NCBI GenBank assembly: GCA_000442015.1
Contig: KE561071.1
Location: forward strand, 124,001-166,751
Reading direction: 5' to 3'
Source of the DNA: Rozella allomycis CSF55
Taxonomy: Eukaryota
DNA length: 42,751 nucleotides
Shown here: one piece after another, positions 20,467 to 31,967 of the stretch
How the letters are laid out: every line of letters begins with the position of its first letter
Position numbering within the stretch: position 1 is the first letter of the stretch
Notes under the pieces: model-generated
The model's input: the letters and a program-made list of their open reading frames with translations, nothing else
Databases searched by the model: none
What the model was told of the DNA's origin: nothing
Program-made: the position numbers and the translations under genes

Positions 20467-22044
20467 TTAATATAGAGACAAGGCCCTTCTTGCTTTAATT
20501 ATTTGCAAATGTATTTTAATATCATCATCGGCTTCAACGGTAGATAAATATTGTTCTGGTAACTCTCCAAAAGCATTTCTAGTATTCAACAAGTCCGGTT
20601 GAATATCAAGGAGGATCCTAACTAATTTGATATTTTTGTTTTGAATTGAATAATGTAGGGCTGTCATTCCATCGCAGTTTAGAGATCTAATGTCTGCCCC
20701 CATGGAAATCAAATGTCTTAGGAAAAAGAAATCTTCCATCTCAGATTCCATAGCGTAGTGGATAGGATAATTTCCGTATAGATCTGGTACTGATACATCT
20801 GCGCCCATCTTAATTAGAGCCAAATATGCGTCTTTCATCTCAAATTCTATTGCAACCATCAGAGGAGTCATTACAGTACTTCTTTCATTGATTTTTCTTG
20901 GGAATTTTTCAAGTAGCCAAACTGTTTGTAAAACCATGCCATATCGAATACACGCATGCACAATGTCTTCCCCTCGTGAGTTCAATTTATCAGGTGTCAA
21001 ACCTCTTTCTATTAGCCATTCAGCAGAGTTGAATTTAAACCCCCAGAGGGCATACATTAGTGGATGAAGTAAAGTAACCTCACCTTCAGGGAGTCTAGGG
21101 TCTACAGACAGTGTTCGATACAATTGTTTTTCTGTTATGTTTAAAGAATTTAGAAATGGTATATTATCAAAGAGAATTCCAGCTTGAAGGAAAACGTGTC
21201 CCAAGCCAGCATTCACAAGCACATTTATCTCATCTTTCATTTGAAGATTTACCATTGATATCCAAAAGTCTTCATATTGAATTGAAATATACTTTGAAAT
21301 ATTTATAAGCATGGATTTAGAATTCAGTGGGCTGAAAAGATATTTGACCAATGTTGGAAAATACTCATCATATGAAATGACCAGGTAAATAAATCTCAAT
21401 CTATCGAACGGATTAACCCTTCGGCATAGTAATTTTATGTTTCTTTCAATATCCAGCTTTTCATTATTAACATTAATTATCATTTTATCATGTATTCCTA
21501 GCGCCGTGTGAAGTGAAATATATTGATCACAATTATAACTTTGTATTAAATCTATAATTGTACTAACATTGGTGTTTGCCAGGTAATGCTTTGAGAAAGA
21601 AATTGATCTTGACACTCCAAATGGATAGAGGGAATGTAAGAAATTAAGTACGGGCTTGATAGATTCCACGGGTAGAAATTCCTTTGTTATAGTTTTAAAC
21701 ACCTTGTCACACCAACTTTTTAAGTCAACGTTTTCAAACAATGCATATGGCAAAACTCGCCATAGTTCCTCCTTCATCCAGAGTAGTTTCTTGATTGTAA
21801 CCTTGTCAGGATTTTGAAACAGGTAATTGCATTTAGCAGCAATGAAAGGTTTGGTTGTTTGGGTGATATTAGAAAAGCGTGAATTCAAAGGCTGTACTGC
21901 TAGTGCCGATTTTTCTGGCTCTAATTTGGACAAGATTGATATCAAAAGTTCATTTGGCAAATCGGTTAGTTTAGTTTTGTTTGCTATTGGACTAGATGAA
22001 ACAATCAGAATCAATGCAAGAAAGCTGACAATTAGTGTTGTCAT
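20467..22044 (-). CDS. Putative secreted F-box + ankyrin-repeat protein (array copy 1)
   Basis: Intronless. Signal peptide MTTLIVSFLALILIVSS; near-canonical F-box LTDLPNELLISILSKLEP; ankyrin repeats TPLMVAIE...GADVSVPDLYGNYPIHYA and NCDGMTALHYS. Confidence 0.85.
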   Translation of the reverse strand: MTTLIVSFLALILIVSSSPIANKTKLTDLPNELLISILSKLEPEKSALAVQPLNSRFSNITQTTKPFIAAKCNYLFQNPDKVTIKKLLWMKEELWRVLPYALFENVDLKSWCDKVFKTITKEFLPVESIKPVLNFLHSLYPFGVSRSISFSKHYLANTNVSTIIDLIQSYNCDQYISLHTALGIHDKMIINVNNEKLDIERNIKLLCRRVNPFDRLRFIYLVISYDEYFPTLVKYLFSPLNSKSMLINISKYISIQYEDFWISMVNLQMKDEINVLVNAGLGHVFLQAGILFDNIPFLNSLNITEKQLYRTLSVDPRLPEGEVTLLHPLMYALWGFKFNSAEWLIERGLTPDKLNSRGEDIVHACIRYGMVLQTVWLLEKFPRKINERSTVMTPLMVAIEFEMKDAYLALIKMGADVSVPDLYGNYPIHYAMESEMEDFFFLRHLISMGADIRSLNCDGMTALHYSIQNKNIKLVRILLDIQPDLLNTRNAFGELPEQYLSTVEADDDIKIHLQIIKARRALSLY

Positions 22045-22188
22045 TAAAAGCTTGAAACGTGAAAAGAAATTATTCGAAAATTGATTTTATATGATGGCAC
22101 TGTCTATCACGTAAGACATTTTGATTTAATCAATCAGATTTTAAACAAATTTGAATACAAAAATAGGATCTTTGAAAACTAATCGAAT

Positions 22189-23287
<1,099 letters not shown>

Positions 23288-23630
23288 TCAATTACCGGGG
23301 TGTTCGATAAGATAAACAGAAGTCTATGGAAACAGCAGAAAAGTTTAGCTGAAATTTAAATAAAATTTTATCCAACGGACTTATTTTTATAATATATTCA
23401 TTGAAAGATGTTTGAAAAAGAAATTGGCCTAAATTCATCAAATTGTAGTGGAATAGTTTTTTGGCTAACGCCCTAAACATTACAATTAAGTTAAATTAGT
23501 GGTAAGTTACGTAAAACTAAAAGTATACAAGACGATATTCAGAAACCACGTCAATTCGAAATGCAAAAATGAACTTTTGCTAAAAGGGAAATGGAAACAA
23601 AATTGTAATGATCTCTCGTAACTTAGAATC

Positions 23631-24235
23631 TAGGGCTCCTATCAAATAGTAACTATTTGTATTTGATTTGCAAATAGTTTCAAAAGGTCCAAATTATTTG
23701 CAAATAGTTATCAAATACCTAATATGTAAAATTTCGCTTATTTATACAAAAAAATGACTTCGAATGGGTCGGATGTCACTTGCGTCTTCTCACTACTTGC
23801 TCCATGTACCTCTAGACCTCCTTCGCATTGCTCCTGTAACCTTTGGAAAGCCTTATGGTGCTCGTTCCTAAAAAATTTTAACAAGTGCGACGTTACACGC
23901 GGGTTGTATTTGAATTTATCTCTGCATAATGTAAAATGCGTTTTGTCGACCTCATTCTCAGAAATGGTAATTGATCTACAAGCACTCACTATACAGTTTT
24001 TTTCGAGCGCAAACCCCTTTTTCTTCCATTGCAATATCAACTTTTGCATCGCAAACTTCACTGTGAGTCTCATCAGCACTCTTCACGGTTTTCAAACACA
24101 TGTATTAACAGTTTCAGTGGCTTGTAAGTATTTGCAAATATCGAGCAAGTCAAATAGTTACGCCAACTATTTGACTTGTATTTGATGGAACTATTTGTAT
24201 TTGATTTGATTTGATTTGATTTGATAGGAGCCCTA
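23631..24235. mobile_element. Non-autonomous hAT-superfamily DNA transposon (605 bp)
   Basis: Perfect 17-bp TIRs TAGGGCTCCTATCAAAT (23631-23647 and 24219-24235); 8-bp TSD TTAGAATC (23623-23630 and 24236-24243); subterminal CAAATAG/TATTTG repeats; minus-strand remnant resembling a BED finger (LCRDKFKY...TSHLLKFFRNEH). Confidence 0.92.
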
Positions 24236-24251
24236 TTAGAATCTCACACTT

Positions 24252-24493
24252 ATCAAGTTATTAAATAGTATTAAACTTCCAAGAGTAGTGCCTAAAGAAT
24301 CTCACACCTCCACTAAAACTACAAACAGGATAAGAACTACGTTTAATATAGATACAAGGATCAGAACAAGCTGGAGAGTAACCTTCACTTTGTAAAAACT
24401 TGTCAATCTCACGAGGAGTTTGTAGTTTTAGTGGAGGTGTGAGATTCTTTAGGCACTACTCTTGGAAGTTTAATACCTATTTAATAACTTGAT
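24252..24493. repeat. Inverted repeat (~75-bp arms, 91-bp spacer) derived from the REase-kinase gene 5' coding end
   Basis: 24252-24326 is the reverse complement of 24418-24493 except for one extra C. The arm is homologous to about 27279-27353 and 37301-37375. Confidence 0.92.
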
Positions 24494-24610
24494 GGATTTG
24501 AAGACAGGCATATGGTGGCTAAGCAACTCGTGATCTTACAAGAAAATACTGCTAAATATAACTGGCCATTTTGCCATCTAGAAATTGAGTTCATCACGGT
24601 CGAAAACCTA
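24418..24610 (-). pseudogene. 5' fragment and upstream region of a REase-kinase family copy
   Basis: gatggatttgaagacaggcatatggtggctaagcaactcgtgatc is identical to the copy at about 37373-37417. The flank resembles 27415-27530. Confidence 0.75.
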
Positions 24611-25231
24611 AGTGATCAATATTAAATTCTTTTAGTGTGGTAATAAGCTCGAAATTTTGTCAATATCTTAAAATAGAATAGTGAATTGAATGATTCAATT
24701 ATTTTGTAAAATCTGTTGCACATAGGAATGTGCCATCATGATGTCTATTTCCCTTCCCAACAAACTTCAAAGTATCAGTTCTATCGGATTTAAATTTTTA
24801 AATGATATTGGATAATGGAAAGGGCATTTATTTAAATTATTACGTCCATTATATATTATTTCATTATATATTATCTTATATCTGGATGCTCGCGGCCTCG
24901 CGCCCGTGAACAATGGATAACTAGGTCTAGATTTGTGTGGAATGGGGAATTCTCTTGGGTATTTGATGATCTTTTATTTTCTGTTGGAGCAAAACTGAAT
25001 TTTATAGTAATTAATAAAATTAACATGATCTATTGTAAGATCTCAACTTTAGGTTTACTCTAGCAGTATCGTTATCACATATCGGCCCCTGGGGCCTGGA
25101 GACTAGAGTATCCACTTCAAGAACTTAGATTTCCTAGAAAACATTCAGTACGAGACTATTAATAAATAATGACTTAACCCTTTCAACTAAATAGAGATCT
25201 TGTAACTCACATAGAAAAAAGCAGTCCACTA

Positions 25232-25812
25232 CATTAAAGATATTTTGGCAAATGGCAAGGCATAATCTGCTGCCTACACAGTAAAAGAAACAAAATCCAT
25301 AAAATTAATAAGCAGAAATTGCTTTATGGAGGCTGTTCACCTTTTTTATTCAAAAAATATTCTGGATCAGCAGCCGTAAACATCAATGACAACAATTCAT
25401 CTCCGCAAAGGGCGTTTGATAATATATTTAAAAGTATGTTAATCTTTTAAAGCTATCTTATGGCTGTACTGTCAATTTTGACATTAATCGAAATGAGAGT
25501 GAAAGCGGAGATGTCATGGAAGCAGCCGGCTTGCCAAGAATACATTTTGAAAGATCCATTTTGAAGGATCCATTTTGTTACTTAGGCACATCTATTTTGG
25601 CGTATAATGAGAGGAATTATATCAATTTGAGCAAGGTGGGTTCAACCGCTAGTAACAAAAAAGGACGACAAGCCTTTCTTCACAAATTAAGACTCGAAGA
25701 TGAGAACAATAGTACTACATATATAATACTTCCATTAAATGTATTTTTGACAAATGGAAAGGCATAATATGATGCCTACATAGTAAAAGAACAAAATCCA
25801 GAAATCAATAAG
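25232..25812 (+). repeat. Diverged ~80-bp direct repeat, copies about 500 bp apart
   Basis: 25232-25312 and 25733-25812 share caaatgg.aaggcataat.tg.tgcctaca.agtaaaaga.acaaaatcca.aaa..aataag. Confidence 0.75.
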
Positions 25813-26040
25813 GGGTCGTAAACTTACTGTCCGATAATATGATGCCTCACTGCTCAATCAGTTTTGTTATGGCTCAGATATTTGCAGCTGATTACAGTAA
25901 CCATTCCGCAAGAAAGCCGTACAACCAAAGCTAGAAATCAGGGTGACAATTTTCGCTTACGTAATAAAGGCAAATAGCTTAGTTTATGAAGACTGAAGAG
26001 TATACATTTTATGTAAATGTTTATTTGAAAAAAAGATGAG

Positions 26041-27387
26041 TCAATATTTGCAACTTTCCAGTTCTTCGGATTTAATGTTCTCATCATTGCACGGTCGAGT
26101 AAAACCAAAATCAATAATAAATACTTTGCCCTCGATGTTCTTGACAAAGTTACGATTGCAAACATCACCATGAATCAATCCTTGGTCATGAAATTGTCGA
26201 AGACAATCCTGTTTGAGACTCACAAACTCTCCTTCTTCTGTTTGTTGGCCGCAATCAGAAATAACAATCCCCGTAAACATGTCCCAAATCTTAACACATG
26301 CAATGAATTTGGGAATGACTTTGCCTTGAAGACTTTCCAATTTCTTGTACACTGATACCTCATTTTTCAACTCTTTCTCTTTCCAGGACTCTTTTGTCAA
26401 GTCCTTTAATTTAAAGATGACATTTTCGTGCCCCCAGAGATTGCCTCGAACTACGGAACCGATTCTGCCATTCGCAATACACTCATTCAACCAAAATTCA
26501 TTCTGCTTAAGGATTTTTACACCATAATTCTTGTTCTTGAGTTTCCGGTGTACTTTAGGTGTTGAGTTTGGAGTGGTGAAAGGGGATACGTGAAACCAAT
26601 TGTGGTGCGATAGTAATACAATGCCAAGAAAAGCGGAGATAATATTGAACTTGATTCCAATATCACCGCACAAACCAGGAAGAATTGTATCATGGTAGAA
26701 AGGCCTTGACACTCTCAAACAACCACCTTCCTTGTCTGTAAAGCCGCGTTCAAAAAACCAAGTACAGTTGAAATTGGTGAGAACTCCGTATTTATGTGAA
26801 TTCACCGACATGTAACCGTAAACTTGATTTACGGCCTTAAAAATCTTTTTATGATGGTACTCTTTAAGTTGACTTTCTCTCTGATAGGTTGCAATAATGT
26901 CACCAACTTCTCCCATCGCCCAGGGAGTCTTAACTTGAATTGTTCCTTTTGGCTTTCTATAAACTTCTGTTCCTTCACCGGTCATCCACAAAGCATCGAC
27001 AGCTCCAATCAAGTGGGCTTCTCCCCCGGGTTTACGAATACTGCTTTTTATTCCCATATTCTTTAAACAGGATTGAACAGGCCTGTAAATGTTTGTAAGA
27101 AGATATGCTTCTACGTCAGCTTCACAGGAACATAGCAAATCATCGTCTTCAATAAATTTCTCTTTTTCCATTTTATTACAGAAAGATTCTTTAGTAAAAT
27201 AAGTCCTAAGTGCTTCAGATACCTCTTGTTCAAACGATTCCCAAAGCAAAAGTTTTTCTGGCTCTCTTGGACAAACAGGGTTTGTAGTATTAGTGGATGT
27301 GTGAGATACTTCAGGCACTACTCTTGGAAGTTCAATACTATTTAATAACTTGATGGATTTGTAGACGGGCATATTGTGGCGATGCAA
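26041..27387 (-). CDS. CR/Crinkler-type REase-like domain + protein kinase-like domain
   Basis: N-terminal GAVDALW...GTIQVKTPW...QVYGYM...YGVLTNF (PD-(D/E)xK-like). C-terminal GRIGSV, FKLKD, ELKNEVSVY, IHGDVCNRNF and IIDFG kinase motifs. First in-frame ATG at 27372; true start uncertain. Confidence 0.75.
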   Translation of the reverse strand: MHRHNMPVYKSIKLLNSIELPRVVPEVSHTSTNTTNPVCPREPEKLLLWESFEQEVSEALRTYFTKESFCNKMEKEKFIEDDDLLCSCEADVEAYLLTNIYRPVQSCLKNMGIKSSIRKPGGEAHLIGAVDALWMTGEGTEVYRKPKGTIQVKTPWAMGEVGDIIATYQRESQLKEYHHKKIFKAVNQVYGYMSVNSHKYGVLTNFNCTWFFERGFTDKEGGCLRVSRPFYHDTILPGLCGDIGIKFNIISAFLGIVLLSHHNWFHVSPFTTPNSTPKVHRKLKNKNYGVKILKQNEFWLNECIANGRIGSVVRGNLWGHENVIFKLKDLTKESWKEKELKNEVSVYKKLESLQGKVIPKFIACVKIWDMFTGIVISDCGQQTEEGEFVSLKQDCLRQFHDQGLIHGDVCNRNFVKNIEGKVFIIDFGFTRPCNDENIKSEELESCKY

Positions 27388-27560
27388 CTAGTGATCATAA
27401 AAGAAAGTGATGTTAAATATAACTGGCCAATCATTCTCGATTTAAAGTTCTTCATCTCATTTCTCAAAGAAATGGTTGGCCATTTACTTACCATCTAGAA
27501 AAAGAGTTTATCATGGTCTATCCAAACCTTAGTTTTCCCAAGGTGATTTGAACGAATGAN

Positions 27561-30500
27561 GTTTGGAATTTCGTAAAGGGCAAATATGGAGCCGAAACGG
27601 CTAAATTGAAAATTTCAGCACGACGAGCCCTAATGAATCTTCAAATGGGTGCCGACATGAGTTTGGAACACTATATTAGAGAGCACAAGAAACTACTTAA
27701 TTGGGAGGAAAGTCTCAGGAGAAGATTTAGTCAGAGCGCTATTAAATGGAATTAATGAAGAACTCTCATTCAAGGTGGATTGTTACTTCAATAACCTAGA
27801 TGACTCAAAGAAATTCGATCATCGTTCAGTGCTCGACATGTTGCAGCAGCTTATTCAGGAGGAATCTGCACGACAAGCGACAAGGATGAAGACTGAAGCG
27901 AGAAGTGGGAATGAGGAGTTGGCATTGCAGGTGCGAGGAAGTCAGAGGACTCCGGGAAGGGTCAAGAAAAATGGTGGTGGTGGTCAAGATAATTCACGAG
28001 AGTTGAATGGAAATAATCAAGTAAATCAGATGAGACGGAAGCAATTTGAAAAACGCAAATGTTATAGTTGCGGGAGTATAGAGCGTCTCATACGGGATTG
28101 TCCTGATAAACAAGGTCGACGTAGGTCACAAAATGACGATGGACAAGAAGTTGCGTTAATGGCGGTGCAGAATCAGAGCAACAAGAAGTACGATTGGATT
28201 ATCGACTCAGGAGCAAGTTCGCATATGACGTCAAACTTGGACGTGTTTACAAAGCTAGATAGAAACATGAAAACAAATATTTTTATTGCAGATGAAAGAC
28301 AGTTGGACGTGGAAGGAGTTGGGGAAGCAGAAATAGTTGTGGAAGACGGAGAAGGCACCTTTAGCAAGCTTAAATTACTTAATGTTTATTATAGTCCAAA
28401 CCTACAACATAATCTATTATCTATTTCAAAGAGGATGAATCAACCTAATATCGACGTGGAGTTCCAGAAAGTTTGTTGCATCATCAAGAAACGCGGACAA
28501 CCAATGGCCATGGCGGAAAAAATCAATTCATTGTACATATTGAAGACATTTCCGAAGGTAGAAGCAAACAGTGAAGGATTTGTAGCTACTGAAGAAACCA
28601 ACATTATGAAGGAGACTGATGAATGGCATTTCAAATTAGGACACATCAATGAAGATTATTTGAGGTATATAAGCAAGCATAAAATGGTTATTGGAATACC
28701 AGAATTTGAAAGAGACGAGAAGATGAGTCACTGTGACATTTGCGCGGAGAACAAATCCAAGAGAACAGTCAACAGGACACCATTGAGAAGGCGAACTACG
28801 ATTGGACAATTAGTGCATGTGGACTTAGTTGGACCGATGGAAGTACTAACGCCGTCCAAGAAGAAGTACATGTTGACGATGGTCGATGATTACTCTCGAA
28901 AGACGTTTATACTATTACTGGAAAAGGAAAGCGATGCAGTGAAGCATATGTTAGAAGTATTTAATATTATTGAAACTCAAGCCAAGACGAAAATACATAA
29001 TGTAAAGAGTGATAATGGTGGAGAGTTTGGCAATGAGACATTTGAGAATTATTGTTATGAAATTGGAATTCAGCATGTGACGACAGACAGTTATTCGCCG
29101 GAAATGAATGGGGTTGTTGAAAGGCAGAATGGGATTGTTGTAGCCATGATTCGCTGTCTACTGAGGCACGCAAATTTGCCAAAATGTTTCTGGGGAGAAA
29201 TGGCAATGACGGCTGCATACTAAGTGAACCGCACGCCTGCGAAATTGTTAGAGAATAAAACGCCTGAAGAAGTCTAAAGCGGAGTGAAGCCAAATGTTGA
29301 AATGCTCAAACCTGTTGGCATCAAGTGTTATATTCATATTCCGAAGCAAAGAAGAAAGAAGCTTGACGAAAATGCTGTGGTGGGAACTTTACTTGGATTT
29401 GATGAACTCACAAGACAATATCGAGTGCGTAGAGAGAACAGTAATATGGTTGTTAAAACAGCACACGTGAAAGTTATTGCTAAGCAAGAAAGCGTGAAAA
29501 CCTCAATATCAAAGTCGAATAAAGTCTTGGATAGTTTATTGAAAGAGGCAATAAATTCAGAACCCGAGGAATGAATACGCAAAGGCGTATTCACCAGTAT
29601 GTAGAATTCAATCAATCCGAATTGTATTATCTTTAGCCGTAGAATTGCAAATGCAAATTCATCAAATGGACTTGGATACGACATACCTCAACAGCAAGCT
29701 AGATAAAGAAATATACATGAAGATACCTCAAGGTTATAACTTGGAAAATTTAGAAGGAAAAGTATGGAAACTCAACAAGGCGTTGTACGGACTGAAACAA
29801 GCTGGCAGGTAATGGAACCTGGACATTGATAGCGATTTACGAAACGCCGGATTAAAGATATGCAAGGCAGATTAGTGCATATATTTAAAGAAACAAGATA
29901 ACCGAATGGTGATTGTGGCTCTATATGTTGATGATTTGATTATATTGTCGGAACAAAATGAGCTTTTGGAAGATACAAAGAGTTTATTGAAGCAGTGGTA
30001 TTCTATGAAGGATATGGGACAGCTATCATGGATCCTGGGAATAAAGGTTGATATTGGGTCTCAGTATATTGAGTTAAGTCAGAAGCAATTTATTGTGAAT
30101 ATGCTACAGGATTTTAACATTGAAGAATGCAGTGATGTTTACAGTCCAATTGAGCCTGGTATAAAATATTCAATCGAAATGAGTCCACAAAATGAGGACG
30201 AAAGGCTAAAAATGAACGGCGTGCGATATCGTGACGCTGTTGGGCATTTGCAGTGGATTTGCAACATGACAAGACCCGACATGTCGTATGCAGTAGGGGT
30301 TGTGAGCAGGTACTGCAATGATCCGGGGTAATCGCACTGGAAGCTAGTTAAACGGATCCTGCAATATTTAAAATATTCTATGGATTATGTGTTAAGATAT
30401 GAGGAGAGTTGAAACGGGAGAATACAGGTTGTTGGATATTGTGATTCAAATTGGGCAAGCGAAATCGATGATAGGAAGTCAGTTGGTGGATATTTATTCT

Positions 30501-31085
30501 TTATTAATAATTTTTTAATTAGTTGGAAGTCCAGAGTTCAACGAGTAAATGCTCTTAGCTCAACGGAAGCGGAATATATGGCTTTGAGTGACAGAACCAA
30601 AGAAGCGTTGTGGATTATAAAAATTTTATAAGAATTGACAATTTGGAGAAACGTTGATATCAAATCAGTTTTATTAAAAGAAGACAATCGTTGAGCAATA
30701 AGTTTAGCGGAAACGGCATCAATGCATTGGAAGACAAAGCACATCGAGAACAGATATCATCATATACGGGACTACGTGAGAAAAGGATTGATCAAAATTG
30801 AGTATGAAAAATCTAAGGAAAATACAAGCGATGTTCTTACCAAGGGATTAAATCAGGGATTACATGAATATCATTGGGTGAAAATGGGAATTATTAAATC
30901 TAAGGAGGGTGTCAGAATAGATTCCAAAGAAGATTTAATAAATGAGAAGAAACCAAGCAACGGAGAATTAAACGAATGCAGAACTCTGATTGGCTCTAAA
31001 TTCTCCGATCCTGGAAACCTATATAAGGAGAATTCTTAATAAATAGACAAGGATTTCATCTTACCTTTCTAATTCTATTATAACA
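27561..31085 (+). mobile_element. Decayed Ty1/copia LTR retrotransposon (5' LTR not seen)
   Basis: Gag zinc-knuckle remnant CYSCGSIERLIRDC; protease WIIDSGASSHM; integrase WHFKLGH, CDIC, VHVDLVGP, SDNGGEF and NGVVER; RT LYVDDL; RNase H STEAEY and TKHIENRYH. The PR-IN-RT-RH order is copia-type. Multiple stops and a deletion near 29572. Confidence 0.95.
30910..31085 (+). repeat. 3' LTR of the copia element (176 bp)
   Basis: Follows the polypurine tract aaggaggg (30902-30909). Starts TGTCAGAATAGA and ends TCTATTATAACA (10/12 inverted match). Internal TATATAA near 31020. Confidence 0.8.
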
Positions 31086-31967
31086 ATGAATTCAAATCAA
31101 CCCATAGCAAATATATTAATTCAGAATTTCGTGGTCCATACGCGCCACGTCACACCGAGTCTTAAATTGTTCTCCTTCCGAAATGGTTTTNATCTCATTC
31201 TCTTTTAAGTTTTTATTAGTTTTCTTTAGGAATCAATTAATAATACTAAGAAATTACAAATCAATCCACCTAAGAAAAACCACATTTATTAAAATTAAGA
31301 GAGTTATGAGNACTTTATCTAGATTGATTAATGACAAAGAAAAGGTTCTCAAGATCGCTCAAGAAAAGAAAAAGAAGGCAAGCTGAAACCTTTCCACGAA
31401 CCCGAAAGAAAAGAAAAAGAAGGGACGAAAGCAGAGTGTCGTAAAGTCCACTCCGGTCGTGTTAACCCTGGTCGTAATAATCCCCGGATGCCCCCTGGTT
31501 ATAACTTTCTTTACTTAACACTTTAGAATACGTTATTCTTAACCATGAAATCATTACTAATCACAATTTTGATAACCACATCCGAAGACTGTACATATAA
31601 TCACACCAACCATAACTGTTTAATCTTATTTCAAAAAAACTCCCCGTCCGATTTAACGAGCACTGCGAGACTTGTTGTGGTGCCCACCGCGTCAACCTTG
31701 CAGGATGAAAGATATTCTCCAATTAAGGTTAAGTTAAAAGAGTTAATGAAAGACTGAACAAGTTGAAGTAGCAGGGACTTAAGACAACCTGTTGTATATT
31801 TCTTTTAGGTTATAGAAGATGATTTATGGCAAATGAAATTACATGTCTTCGTTCCAAAGCTTCCAAAAGCAATGGGAATTCAAAGAAACAACGAAAAAGT
31901 GTATGAATCTTGACTCGAAAAAATAGACTGCTACAATAAAACAATGTTGATGCCTGATGAAATTTAT

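Noticed and set aside
15971-22044. C-terminal CaaX prenylation motif as in Legionella AnkB, or a C-terminal PRANC/F-box
   Set aside because: The C-termini (INSQ, DMTK, TSIN, LSLY) have no Cys, and the F-box-like motif is N-terminal.
23754-24185. 143-aa Cys-rich plus-strand ORF
   Set aside because: It lies antisense within the hAT element and has no recognisable domain.
31120-31760. tggtccatacgcgcc as a primer-binding site of a second LTR element, plus small Lys-rich ORFs
   Set aside because: It is not adjacent to the LTR end, there is no recognisable gag or pol, and the region contains Ns.
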